DNA of 64,000 nt, taken from the NCBI GenBank assembly GCA_025061115.1, contig JANZKC010000003.1:129196-193195 (forward strand). The letters run 5' to 3'. This document shows positions 35,840-45,012 of this stretch, one piece after another (the stretch's first letter is position 1; each line of letters starts with the position of its first letter). The translations under genes and the position numbers were made by a program. This DNA is from Candidatus Culexmicrobium cathedralense (GTDB taxonomy: Archaea > Thermoproteota > Methanomethylicia > Culexarchaeales > Culexmicrobiaceae). The notes below the pieces were generated by a model. The model saw nothing but the letters and a program-made list of their open reading frames with translations, did no database searches and was not told where the DNA came from.

Positions 35840-37484
35840 CGTGGCTGGCATTAGGGAAGTAACCGCTGAACTTGAAAAAATATTATCACCAGACTTTGAA
35901 GTTGCCCGAACAGATGTTAATGGAAATCACATTTACATTAAAACTTCTCCAAACAAACTTCTAGATGCAGCTAGATACTTACTCCTAATTGACGCAAGGT
36001 TAGTTCACGTAACCGCTTCAGATATGGGAACTAAGGGCTTAAAGGTACTTCACATATATGGATTAGATCACTTAAAGCAGCACGCTCACATAATTTTGTA
36101 TGCACTTGTTCCCAGAAATGCTCCAAAGGTTCCTTCAGTTGCTGCTTTAACCTATCAAGCTTCGTGGGCTGAAAGAGAAACAATGGAACTTTTAGGCATA
36201 GAATTTGAAGGTCATCCTGACCCTCGACACATATTCCTTCCATTCGAGTGGCCTAAGCCAGTTGAAAGTGCTGAAGGCGAGTGGAATGAGGTTAAAGTTG
36301 AACGCCGTACTACTCTGCCAATAGGTCCATATCATCCAGCTCTTGTTGAAGGTGGATATTTCAAAGTTAAAGTTGATGGAGAAGAAATTATTGACGTTGA
36401 TATTAAGGTTGGATTCAACCATAGAGGTGTGATGAAACTAGCTGAAAGAAGAAGTTTCTGGAAAGACATCTTCCTTGTTGGCAGAATATGTGGAATCTGC
36501 AACACTCCCCACCGATTAACATTTGCTATCACTGCAGAAGCAATTGCAGGCATTACTCCTCCAGAAAGAGCAGAGTACATTAGAACTTTATTAGCAGAGC
36601 TCAATAGGATACATAGCCACCTTCTATGGCTCGGCATAGCTTGTGAGCTTATAGGTTTCAAAACTTTACTCATGTGGGCATGGAAAATAAGGGAGCCAAT
36701 TCAAGATTGCATAGAGCTGCTAACTGGAAATAGAGTTCACATGGACGCTATAATTATTGGCGGAGTGAGGCGAGACGTCTCACAGAGCCAAATAACTAAG
36801 GTTGAAGAAAAGCTAAAGCAAGTTAAAAAGGAATTAGAGTCACTAGTTGAAGTAGTATCTACTCATAGCTTAGTTAGAGCGAGAACTGAGGATATTGGTG
36901 TGCTTACGCTTGCAGACGCCAAGAATGGAGGAGCAGTAGGGCCAACTGCAAGAGCCAGTGGATGGAAAATTGATGTTAGGCGAGACAGCCCATATGCCGC
37001 GTATAGTGAAGAATATACGACTTGGGACGTAGTAGTCGATGATGGAAAAGACGTTCTTGCGAGAGTGATGGTTAGAGTTAAGGAAACATTAGTCTCGATA
37101 GATCTTTGCCTCCAATGTTTAGACGCGTTGAAACGTGTGGGCGGCCCGGTCATTATAAAGGATGTTAAGGAATTTCCCGAAGGTGAAGCTATAAGGAAAA
37201 CTGAAGCTCCAAGAGGTGAATTATTCTACTACTTAGCATCAAATGGATTGAATATTCCGCAAACGGTTAGAATTAGAACTCCAAGCTATAGAAATATAGC
37301 TGCACTAGTGTTTATGCTTAAAGGTTACACTCTTTCGGACGCACCAATAATTATCGGTAGTGTAGATCCCTGCTTCTCATGCACTGATAGAGTAATAATA
37401 GTAGATGAGAAGAAAGGCAAGAAGGTGACTCTAAATTATGATGAATTCATGAGGGGTTTGGCGGTTAAAAAATTGGAGGAGTAG
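35832..37484 (+). CDS. group-4 [NiFe] hydrogenase large subunit, NuoC-NuoD fusion (HycE-like)
   Basis: 550 aa. N-terminal ~150 aa are NuoC-like. L1 motif RICGICNTPH (nt 36483-36512) and C-terminal DPCFSCTDR (nt 37365-37391), followed by a 30-aa tail. Start is GTG 35832 or GTG 35841. Confidence 0.9.
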   Translation: MDDVAGIREVTAELEKILSPDFEVARTDVNGNHIYIKTSPNKLLDAARYLLLIDARLVHVTASDMGTKGLKVLHIYGLDHLKQHAHIILYALVPRNAPKVPSVAALTYQASWAERETMELLGIEFEGHPDPRHIFLPFEWPKPVESAEGEWNEVKVERRTTLPIGPYHPALVEGGYFKVKVDGEEIIDVDIKVGFNHRGVMKLAERRSFWKDIFLVGRICGICNTPHRLTFAITAEAIAGITPPERAEYIRTLLAELNRIHSHLLWLGIACELIGFKTLLMWAWKIREPIQDCIELLTGNRVHMDAIIIGGVRRDVSQSQITKVEEKLKQVKKELESLVEVVSTHSLVRARTEDIGVLTLADAKNGGAVGPTARASGWKIDVRRDSPYAAYSEEYTTWDVVVDDGKDVLARVMVRVKETLVSIDLCLQCLDALKRVGGPVIIKDVKEFPEGEAIRKTEAPRGELFYYLASNGLNIPQTVRIRTPSYRNIAALVFMLKGYTLSDAPIIIGSVDPCFSCTDRVIIVDEKKGKKVTLNYDEFMRGLAVKKLEE

Positions 37485-37486
37485 CT

Positions 37487-38479
37487 ATGCTTGTCGCACT
37501 TGCAGTATTAATTCCAATCATAAGCTTCATGATCGGCGTGTTATTGAATTTTGAGATTAGAAAGGTATTTGCAAGAGCTCAATATAGGCTGGGGCCGCTT
37601 TTAACAATGTACAGCGATTTAAGGGGACTTTTAGGTTTTACGAGAATTTTGCAGCCGCTTTATGATATTTTAAAGCTTTCATATAAGGAGACTCTGATAC
37701 CTAAAAGTGCAAATAAAATGCTCTTCACGTCATCTCCATGGATAAGCCTAATACTTGCCGTCGCAGCCTCATACTTCATATCCTATGGAGGATTAACGAT
37801 TTTAGCTAACATCGAACTTAGCTTAATCTTCCTAACTTACCTCATCGTAGGAGTATCTCTATTCTGGATTATAGGTGCATCTGCAAGCTCATCACCCTGG
37901 GGCGCTATAGGTGTTAGGCGGGAAGCTGAACTTCTATTCTCAATTGAAGTTGCCCTGTTGTCGTCCATTTTTTCAGCCGCATTATTGGCAAACACTTTAT
38001 CAGTTCAAGGCATAGTGAATGCGCAGTTGAAACTGTATCCATACATATTGTTGAACCCATTAGCTGCAATAACCTTCATGATAGCCCTTTTAGGCAAGTT
38101 GCAATTAAAGCCATTCGACATTCCAGATGCTGAAGTTGAAATAGTGGCCGGTCCATTTACGGAGTATTCAGGAAAGCTTTTAGCATTGCTGCTTGCCTCC
38201 AAGTACTTTTTAACGGCAATCATGACTGGATTATTCGTCAATATCTTCCTGGGCGGAGGGCAAATTCTACCTCCCACAAATTCATTAAACTTGGCAGTTA
38301 ATTTCATCGTCTTCCTAATACTATGCATTGCAGTGGCATTTATAGCCTCGTTAATCCACGCAGTAGCGCCGCGATTTAGAGTTGATCAGGGATTTAAGTG
38401 GGTCATAACGCGCCTATGGCCGCTAGCCTTCGCATCGCTTGCCTTATCAATAGTCTTTAAAAGTATGGGGGTGTTATAG
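37487..38479 (+). CDS. NuoH/HycD/EchB-like membrane subunit
   Basis: 330-aa polytopic protein. Position and size match HycD/NuoH-type subunits. Confidence 0.8.
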   Translation: MLVALAVLIPIISFMIGVLLNFEIRKVFARAQYRLGPLLTMYSDLRGLLGFTRILQPLYDILKLSYKETLIPKSANKMLFTSSPWISLILAVAASYFISYGGLTILANIELSLIFLTYLIVGVSLFWIIGASASSSPWGAIGVRREAELLFSIEVALLSSIFSAALLANTLSVQGIVNAQLKLYPYILLNPLAAITFMIALLGKLQLKPFDIPDAEVEIVAGPFTEYSGKLLALLLASKYFLTAIMTGLFVNIFLGGGQILPPTNSLNLAVNFIVFLILCIAVAFIASLIHAVAPRFRVDQGFKWVITRLWPLAFASLALSIVFKSMGVL

Positions 38480-39052
38480 ATGCTGAAAGCCTTAAAGGAA
38501 GCTATATCTGCAATTTTTAACCCCGTGACAATCACGTATCCAGCTGGAAAACCTGAGGAAAAGTACAGTCAAATACCAGAAGGTTTGAGAGGGAAGCCGC
38601 AGTTCGATGATGAGAAGTGTATTGGGTGTGCAGCATGCACGGTTCAATGCAGTAGCGGCGCAGATACATTTCGCGACGAAGATGATAAGCGCATTATAGA
38701 AATAAGTTTGACAAAATGCATATTCTGCGGTAGATGTCAAGAAATATGCCCTCAAGAGGCAATTTCCCTAACTCAGGAATTCGAGTTGGCTAGCACTTCT
38801 AAAAACAACCTAAAAGTTACCATTGAGCACAATCTATTAAAATGTGAAAACTGTGGAGCACCAATTACAACCGAAAAGCAGCTGGATAAAATTGTTGAGA
38901 GAATATTAAGTCAAATTGATGAGAAAGCGAGAAAAATTGCTGAAGAAGACCTGCCTAAGTACATCCATCTATGTAGGAATTGTAGGAGAAAGTTGAGTTA
39001 CAAGCTTAATACGCATCCAAGAAAGCATTACTTATATGTGGATAGCAGTTAG
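38480..39052 (+). CDS. NuoI/HycF/EchF-like 2x[4Fe-4S] subunit with C-terminal Cys4 extension
   Basis: CIGCAACTVQC and CIFCGRCQEICP motifs, plus a CENCG..CRNC ribbon-like tail. Confidence 0.8.
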   Translation: MLKALKEAISAIFNPVTITYPAGKPEEKYSQIPEGLRGKPQFDDEKCIGCAACTVQCSSGADTFRDEDDKRIIEISLTKCIFCGRCQEICPQEAISLTQEFELASTSKNNLKVTIEHNLLKCENCGAPITTEKQLDKIVERILSQIDEKARKIAEEDLPKYIHLCRNCRRKLSYKLNTHPRKHYLYVDSS

Positions 39053-39084
39053 CTTTTATTAATCAGCCTGGAGGTTTGATTTGA

Positions 39085-39366
39085 ATGAAATTTAAGGCCG
39101 CATATAAGGCAGCTAAGCTAATTAAAGTTTCAATTGAAGTTGAGGCTGGAAGAATTAAGAATATCAAGTTTACAGGCGATTTCTTCATATACCCAGAAGA
39201 AGCGCTTGGAAAGCTTGAGGAAGAACTTAAAGGTGCAGAGCTAAACGAGTATAAGTTACTTCAAATCGTAGAGTCCTTTTTCATCAGGGAGAACGTAACT
39301 ACACCTTTAATTGAAGCAAGAGATTTCGTTAAAGCAATAATGAAAGCGGTTGGAAGGGAGATTTAG
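39085..39366 (+). CDS. lipoate-protein ligase C-terminal-domain protein (LplB-like)
   Basis: 93 aa. The sequence (IKNIKFTGDFFIYPEEAL) resembles the accessory C-terminal domain that is a separate polypeptide in the Thermoplasma LplA/LplB system. Confidence 0.65.
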   Translation: MKFKAAYKAAKLIKVSIEVEAGRIKNIKFTGDFFIYPEEALGKLEEELKGAELNEYKLLQIVESFFIRENVTTPLIEARDFVKAIMKAVGREI

Positions 39367-40347
39367 GTGGTCGAATATATTAGAGTTTCAATTGGAACTG
39401 CTGCAGTACTAGGCTTGTCAAGAATTAGAATGGCAGCATCCCCTACTACAGCCTATCTAATGACATATTACCCCGGAAAATGCTTAGCTAAATGCAGTTT
39501 TTGCACTCAATCCAGCGCAAGCATTACCGATGCGCAGTACTTATCTAGAGTATGCTGGCCCAAATTCAAATTCAGTGACGTTGTAAAAGCGCTATCCTCA
39601 TGCAAAGAATTCAAGCGAATATGCCTTCAAACAATAATCTATCCAAATATGATCCAAGATGCAGTTGAAATAGTGTCGACTCTTAAAAGCCGTACGGCTT
39701 TGCCAATATCAGTCTCCGTTCATCCTAAAAGTGTGGATGATGTTAAGCTTCTTATAAATGCAGGAGCGGATAGAATAGGTATTGGATTAGATGTAGCTAC
39801 GCCAGAGCTTTTCAAGAAAATTAAGAGGCCATTTTCATGGGATAGAACATTGAAGTTTATTGAAGATTCTATAAAGTTTCTTGGTGAAGGACGTTTAACC
39901 TGCCATTTAATTTACGGGCTTGGAGATACTGATGAAAGCTTCCTTAAACTTATCTACAAGCTCATGAAAAAAGGCGTTTTCACAAGCTTGTTTGCATTCA
40001 CCCCAATGGAGGGAACGCCTTTAGAAAATCTACCTCCGCCTAACCCATCAAAATATAGGGCAATACAGCTAGCTCATTACTTAATCACAAATAAAATTGC
40101 AGATATCAGTGATTTCAAATTTCAAAATGGAGATTTAGTAGGTATATCTTTGGAGAAGAAATTGTTAGTTGAAGTTATTGAGAGTGGAAAACCATTCATA
40201 ACGCGAGGCTGCCCAAACTGTAATAGGCCCTTCTATAATGAAAGTCCTAGAGGCCCAATATACAACTATCCTTCAATTGAATGGGTTAAAAAGGATATTA
40301 ATATTATCAAGCTTCAATTAAAGCAAGTTTTAGGTGAGATAATATGA
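39367..40347 (+). CDS. radical SAM protein, LipS1/LipS2-type lipoyl synthase component
   Basis: 326 aa. CxxxCxxC motif (GKCLAKCSFC). Embedded between lplB-like and lplA. Confidence 0.65.
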   Translation: MVEYIRVSIGTAAVLGLSRIRMAASPTTAYLMTYYPGKCLAKCSFCTQSSASITDAQYLSRVCWPKFKFSDVVKALSSCKEFKRICLQTIIYPNMIQDAVEIVSTLKSRTALPISVSVHPKSVDDVKLLINAGADRIGIGLDVATPELFKKIKRPFSWDRTLKFIEDSIKFLGEGRLTCHLIYGLGDTDESFLKLIYKLMKKGVFTSLFAFTPMEGTPLENLPPPNPSKYRAIQLAHYLITNKIADISDFKFQNGDLVGISLEKKLLVEVIESGKPFITRGCPNCNRPFYNESPRGPIYNYPSIEWVKKDINIIKLQLKQVLGEII

Positions 40348-41105
40348 GCGAGTGGCGCCTCATATATCTAAATGAATTTGATGGGTACTGGAACATGGCT
40401 ATAGATGAAGCAATGCTGATAATGAAGTCTAAAGGTAAAATTCCAAATACCCTTAGACTTTATCGATTCACTCCATCCGCGGTTACCATTGGATTTTTCC
40501 AATCGCCAAAAGAGGAAGTGAACATTGAGTTTTGCAGGAAGAATGGCATTGAAATAGTAAGACGCATAACTGGTGGAGGAACGGTATATCATGATGAAAA
40601 TGGCGAAATAACTTACTCAATAGTTGTAAGTGAAAAGGATGCGCCTAAAGATATACTTAGAAGCTATGAACTATTCTGCAGTGGCATAGTCAAGGCATTG
40701 GAAAGACTGGGACTTAAAGCTGAATTTCATCCAATAAATGATGTCCTAGTCTCGGGGAAGAAGATTTCAGGGTCGGCGCAAACAAGAAGGCGGGGAGTTG
40801 TTTTGCAGCATGGAACTTTAATGTACAATACAGATATATCAACACTAGCAGTTACGCTTAAGGTAATACCTGAAAAGCTTAAAGATAAGGGCGTAACTAA
40901 GCTCGAAGAAAGAGTGACAACGATTTCAAAGGCATTGAGTAGGCATGTTAGTAGGGATGAAGTTGTGCAAGCCATGATCGAAGGCTTTGCAGAAGCACTT
41001 CAAGTCAAATTTCATCATGATGAGCTGACAAGTGAAGAATTAGAACTGGCAGAAAAGCTGATGAAAGAGAAGTATTCAAAAGATGAGTGGAACTTTATGG
41101 TGTGA
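40344..41105 (+). CDS. lplA: lipoate-protein ligase A catalytic domain
   Basis: 253 aa. LplA/LipB/BirA-fold motifs (RRITGGGTVYHD, GKKISGSAQ). 4-nt overlap with the upstream gene. Confidence 0.85.
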   Translation: MSEWRLIYLNEFDGYWNMAIDEAMLIMKSKGKIPNTLRLYRFTPSAVTIGFFQSPKEEVNIEFCRKNGIEIVRRITGGGTVYHDENGEITYSIVVSEKDAPKDILRSYELFCSGIVKALERLGLKAEFHPINDVLVSGKKISGSAQTRRRGVVLQHGTLMYNTDISTLAVTLKVIPEKLKDKGVTKLEERVTTISKALSRHVSRDEVVQAMIEGFAEALQVKFHHDELTSEELELAEKLMKEKYSKDEWNFMV

Positions 41106-41108
41106 ATT

Positions 41109-41960
41109 ATGATTAAAGCCTATAAGCCGCTGCCAAAATTTCCATCGATTTCCATAACTGGATCGTGGTGTGCCTTAAACTGCAAGTATTGCCAGGGGAA
41201 AGTGCTTAAGGAAATGATTCACGTGAGCTCTCCAACGCAACTCTACGCGTTATGTAGGCAATTAAAGAAAAGGCATGGAATTGTAGGATGCCTAATAAGT
41301 GGAGGTTTCAATAAAAAGGGAAAGTTGCCGATAAAAGCCTATTTGCCGGCGATTAAGGAGATAAAGAAAACGCTTGATTTAATCGTAAGCGTTCATGCGG
41401 GACTGGTAGATGGAAATTATGCTAAGGAATTGAGAGAAGCAAAAGTGGATATCGTAGACTTAAACATACTTGATCCTCAAACAATGAGTGAAGTAATGAA
41501 TATGGATTCAAACTGGGAAGACATCGAAAAAACGCTTGATGCGCTTCAAAATTTTGGTCCCCCATATACTGCACCACACATACTAATTGGAGCTTACTAT
41601 GGAAGAATAAAGAGTGAATACGACTTAATTTCAATTCTTAAAGACTACGATCCGTACGTGATTGTTATGCTAATATTGCTTAAAGTTAGGGGAACACCCT
41701 TTGAATCAATAGAGCCTCCCAAAGCAGAAGAGATAATAAAAATTTTCGACTATGCGCGAAAACTCATTCCGAAAGCTGAATTAGCATTAGGGTGCATGCG
41801 CCCCAGAGGTAATTACAGTGAAAAACTAGAATTTGAGCTAATAAGTAAAAATCTAATTGACAGAATAGTTTTACCTTCAACATTTAAGCCTAAATACCTT
41901 CCATTTTGCTGTTCACTTCCAAAAGAACTTGAAGAAAAAATAGTTAAAGAGTTATTATGA
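41109..41960 (+). CDS. radical SAM protein, LipS1/LipS2-type lipoyl synthase component
   Basis: 283 aa. CxxxCxxC motif (WCALNCKYC). Starts 3 nt after lplA. Confidence 0.65.
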   Translation: MIKAYKPLPKFPSISITGSWCALNCKYCQGKVLKEMIHVSSPTQLYALCRQLKKRHGIVGCLISGGFNKKGKLPIKAYLPAIKEIKKTLDLIVSVHAGLVDGNYAKELREAKVDIVDLNILDPQTMSEVMNMDSNWEDIEKTLDALQNFGPPYTAPHILIGAYYGRIKSEYDLISILKDYDPYVIVMLILLKVRGTPFESIEPPKAEEIIKIFDYARKLIPKAELALGCMRPRGNYSEKLEFELISKNLIDRIVLPSTFKPKYLPFCCSLPKELEEKIVKELL

Positions 41961-41999
41961 TTATTGATCATGATGTGTTGTTTCGTTATTTTGTTCTGT

Positions 42000-43145
42000 T
42001 TATTTAAATTTTAATTTCATATAGAATATTGGTAGGAATGCAATTAACAGTATGGATATGATTGTTAGGGTTGTTTCAAATGGCACATAAGATAGCATTA
42101 TACCTGTTACTATTGGGCCTGATGCTTGTCCAATATCTTTTATCGTTTCCATCGCTCCTATTGCAGCTCCATGCTTCTCTTCACTAGCTAATTCGGATAT
42201 TAGTGGTGGGGTTGAGGCTGTGGTGAACGCCACGCCTACTGCAAATACCCCTATAAATGTTATTAGAGTTAGATAGCTGTTGGAAAATGCGGTTCCCATT
42301 ATTCCAGCAGATGAAATCAATATTCCAACGGTAATTGTCTTTACTCTGCCTATTCTATCTGAAAGTCTTCCTGCATATGGTTTTAGAATTGTTATAATTA
42401 ATAATTGTATGGTGAATGTTAATCCAATTAGCCAAGGATCTATTCCTAACTTTCCCATATAAATTGGGAGAAAGGTTTCGAGGCTTTGCATTGCGAAGTA
42501 AGTTACAGCCATAATGCTACTTGCAGTAATTATGTTGCTGCTAAAGATTAATGGTGAAGCTTTACGCGCTTCTTTTCTACTGAAGTTCTTTTCAACTTCA
42601 AATGCAGGTAGGTTGAAGAGTGCAATGAATGCTGCTAAACCAGCTAATCCACATGTTAGGTAAGCTTCTTTAAAGCTTGCTAAGCTTAATAATGCTCCTG
42701 CAATGCTGGGTGCAAGAAGCCTTCCGATCATAGTGGTTGATGAAAATATCCCCATCATTTCACCGCGCCTGGACTTGTACATGTCTGCTATGGATGCCAT
42801 TGCTACTGGAGTAAATGTGGCCGTTGCAATTCCATGATAAGCTCGTATTAATGCTAGTTGCCAAGCATCAGTTACAACTAGGTAGAGAAATGGAGATGAT
42901 GCGAAGAAAAATCCTGAAGCAATTAATAATTTCTTCCTGCCGTAAATGTCTGATAATGCTCCAGCGGTTATATTTACTATTATTCCAGTAATTGTTGATG
43001 CTGCTGCAATGAATCCCAGCTCGCCTTCACTTACGCCAAGTTTTTTTGCAAATAAAGGTAATGTTGGAGATTTGGACATTGTTGAGCTGAGAATTGCTAG
43101 CAGTCCTGCTATTGACATTATGATGAATGCCTTGGAGGTGCGCAA
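42000..43145 (-). CDS. MFS transporter
   Basis: 381 aa with about 12 TM helices. MFS loop motif GALSDIYGRKK between TM2 and TM3, repeated as GRLSDRIGRVK in the second half. Confidence 0.85.
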   Translation of the reverse strand: MRTSKAFIIMSIAGLLAILSSTMSKSPTLPLFAKKLGVSEGELGFIAAASTITGIIVNITAGALSDIYGRKKLLIASGFFFASSPFLYLVVTDAWQLALIRAYHGIATATFTPVAMASIADMYKSRRGEMMGIFSSTTMIGRLLAPSIAGALLSLASFKEAYLTCGLAGLAAFIALFNLPAFEVEKNFSRKEARKASPLIFSSNIITASSIMAVTYFAMQSLETFLPIYMGKLGIDPWLIGLTFTIQLLIITILKPYAGRLSDRIGRVKTITVGILISSAGIMGTAFSNSYLTLITFIGVFAVGVAFTTASTPPLISELASEEKHGAAIGAMETIKDIGQASGPIVTGIMLSYVPFETTLTIISILLIAFLPIFYMKLKFK

Positions 43146-43161
43146 ATTGAGTACCTAGCTT

Positions 43162-43661
43162 TCAGCTTTTAATCAGCTTTTTGAGGAATCTCAATCTTTC
43201 CATTCTACTCATTTTCTTCAATTCTTCTTTATGCTTAATTTCTAAGTCTTTAAGTTTAAAATACGTGTACAGTGCCTCCCAAATATTCACACCCATTTCT
43301 AGTGTTTCATAATCATTCTCGGTCATGAATCGAAGCCCACTTAATAATGCTTTTATGCCTACAGCTTCAGGTGCTTTCTCTAATTCGCCTTCAATGTCAG
43401 CTGCATGAACAACTTCAGCAACCTTATACACATATGGGTCAGCAATATTATATTTTTCAACTATGACCTCAAAAGTGCACTTACCGTCTTTATGCCCTAA
43501 TTCTACCCCCTTATGTCAAATGGAGTTCCGTGTTCAGGCTTTAATTTTTCTTCCGGCCAGTTAATGAAGTTAAATTCTGCTTGGGGGTCAATAAACTTCT
43601 TTATTAACCAAGCACTTGCTGTTCTATCAACATAGGGAAAACTTCTCGTAACCCACTTCAC
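43162..43661 (-). pseudogene. ChrB C-terminal-domain (chromate-resistance) protein, frameshifted
   Basis: The frame from GTG 43661 gives VKWVTRSFPYVDRTASAWLIKKFIDPQAEF...GTPFDIRG and then stops (TAG 43503-43505). The continuation VELGHKDGKCTFEVIVEKYNIADP... lies in another frame and runs into ORF 43162..43431. The shift is at a C5 run, 43506-43510. Confidence 0.7.
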
Positions 43662-44067
43662 ATAAATCACAATTAAGATATTTAATTAGAACCTCACATA
43701 AATTTTTCCAATTTAATAATCCACATCTTCTTAAGAAACATATAAACTTAAACTTTAAAGTTAATTTAATAATAAAATGTGAAATTAATTTATTCACTTA
43801 ATAATATTGAGAATATAAAGTATAGCTCAATTAATACAGAAAACAATTATCAGAATAACTTTAGCAAAATGATGAAGAATGCTAAAGTAAACTTCAAGTG
43901 AAATCGCATGCTTTCTAGATGAAAATCATATTGGTGGCATTAAGTTGTCTAATGCTTATAACGTTGAATTCCCGGTCAGATCTGAATTTCAATAATAATT
44001 ATCAAATAGGTGCTTAAGCATAAATCTGCTTAATTAAATTGAATAGTCATGAAGGTTGATTGCGGAA

Positions 44068-44792
44068 ATGAGTATGGATCTTGAAAGATTTACGAAGGAA
44101 GTTAAGGATTATGCTATAAAAATGGCGCTTGCCTAGTAGGTATAGTTTCTCCTATTGATATTGATTCTAGATCTAAAATTTGGGTGGGTTGGAAAATTCA
44201 AAGTTATACCAAGAAAACTTTTGAAATTATGCTCAAAGCGAGGTCAGTAATTGTTTTAGGCTATCATGTTTGTGATGACATCTTTGAAGTGGCAGTTAAA
44301 AGTGATGGTAAGTGGATTTATCCGGAATATTTTCCTTTGAAGTTCGTTGAATTAAAGGTTATTCACTATTTGAGGATGAAGGGTTTCAATGCAGTTTCAG
44401 TTAATAACATATTCCTCAAAACTCTAGCAAAGTTAGATGGATTCGGAAATTTCGGGAAGAATTCGCTAATAATAAATCCAATTTATGGTCCATGGCTGAG
44501 GTTTGCTGCGATATTAACTGATGCAGCGTTGAAGCATGACAAACCTTTTGAAGATGATTTGTGCGGTGACTGTGAAGAGTGCATTAAGGCTTGTCCAGTT
44601 AACGTATTAACTCCATATAAGGTTGATGATGAGAAAAGCCTCGTCGGAATTCACTTGAATGATAGTCAGAATGCAAATTATAGTTATATTGAATTGTTCA
44701 GGAAATATGAGCCATCAATAACGAGAAATTCGCATTTAATGTGCATGGAATGCCAAAAGGCTTGTAAGTATGGAAGAGAATTGCATTTTTAA
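44068..44792 (+). pseudogene. QueG/reductive-dehalogenase-related 4Fe-4S protein, frameshifted
   Basis: ATG 44068 gives MSMDLERFTKEVKDYAIK and stops at 44134. The frame of ORF 44184..44792 is open back to 44106 and reads NGACLVGIVSPIDIDSRSKIW. The junction is at the A5 run 44118-44122. C-terminal CGDCEECIKACP and CMECQKAC motifs. Confidence 0.6.
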
Positions 44793-45012
44793 GCATGATA
44801 ATCAGGGTTTAATAGATCAATAATTTATGTAGAAATCTTGAAAATGAATTCTTTTAAGAGCATGCGATGTTTGTGTCGTTATGTTGAAAGGATTTTGATG
44901 AACTTAGAGTCAGTCTTATACTCGAATAGGCGTGTTGGGGAAAGAATTAATTAGCGTTTTAGTTAGTATAATTCTAAATCGTAGATTCGGCGCAATGGTG
45001 AAGGTGTAATTG

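Noticed and set aside
43671-44067. AT-rich 400-bp gap between the ChrB-like and QueG-like pseudogenes, examined for small ORFs, repeats and RNAs.
   Set aside because: Only short palindromes (for example GCTTAAGC) and low-complexity A/T words were found. It is most simply two divergent promoter regions.
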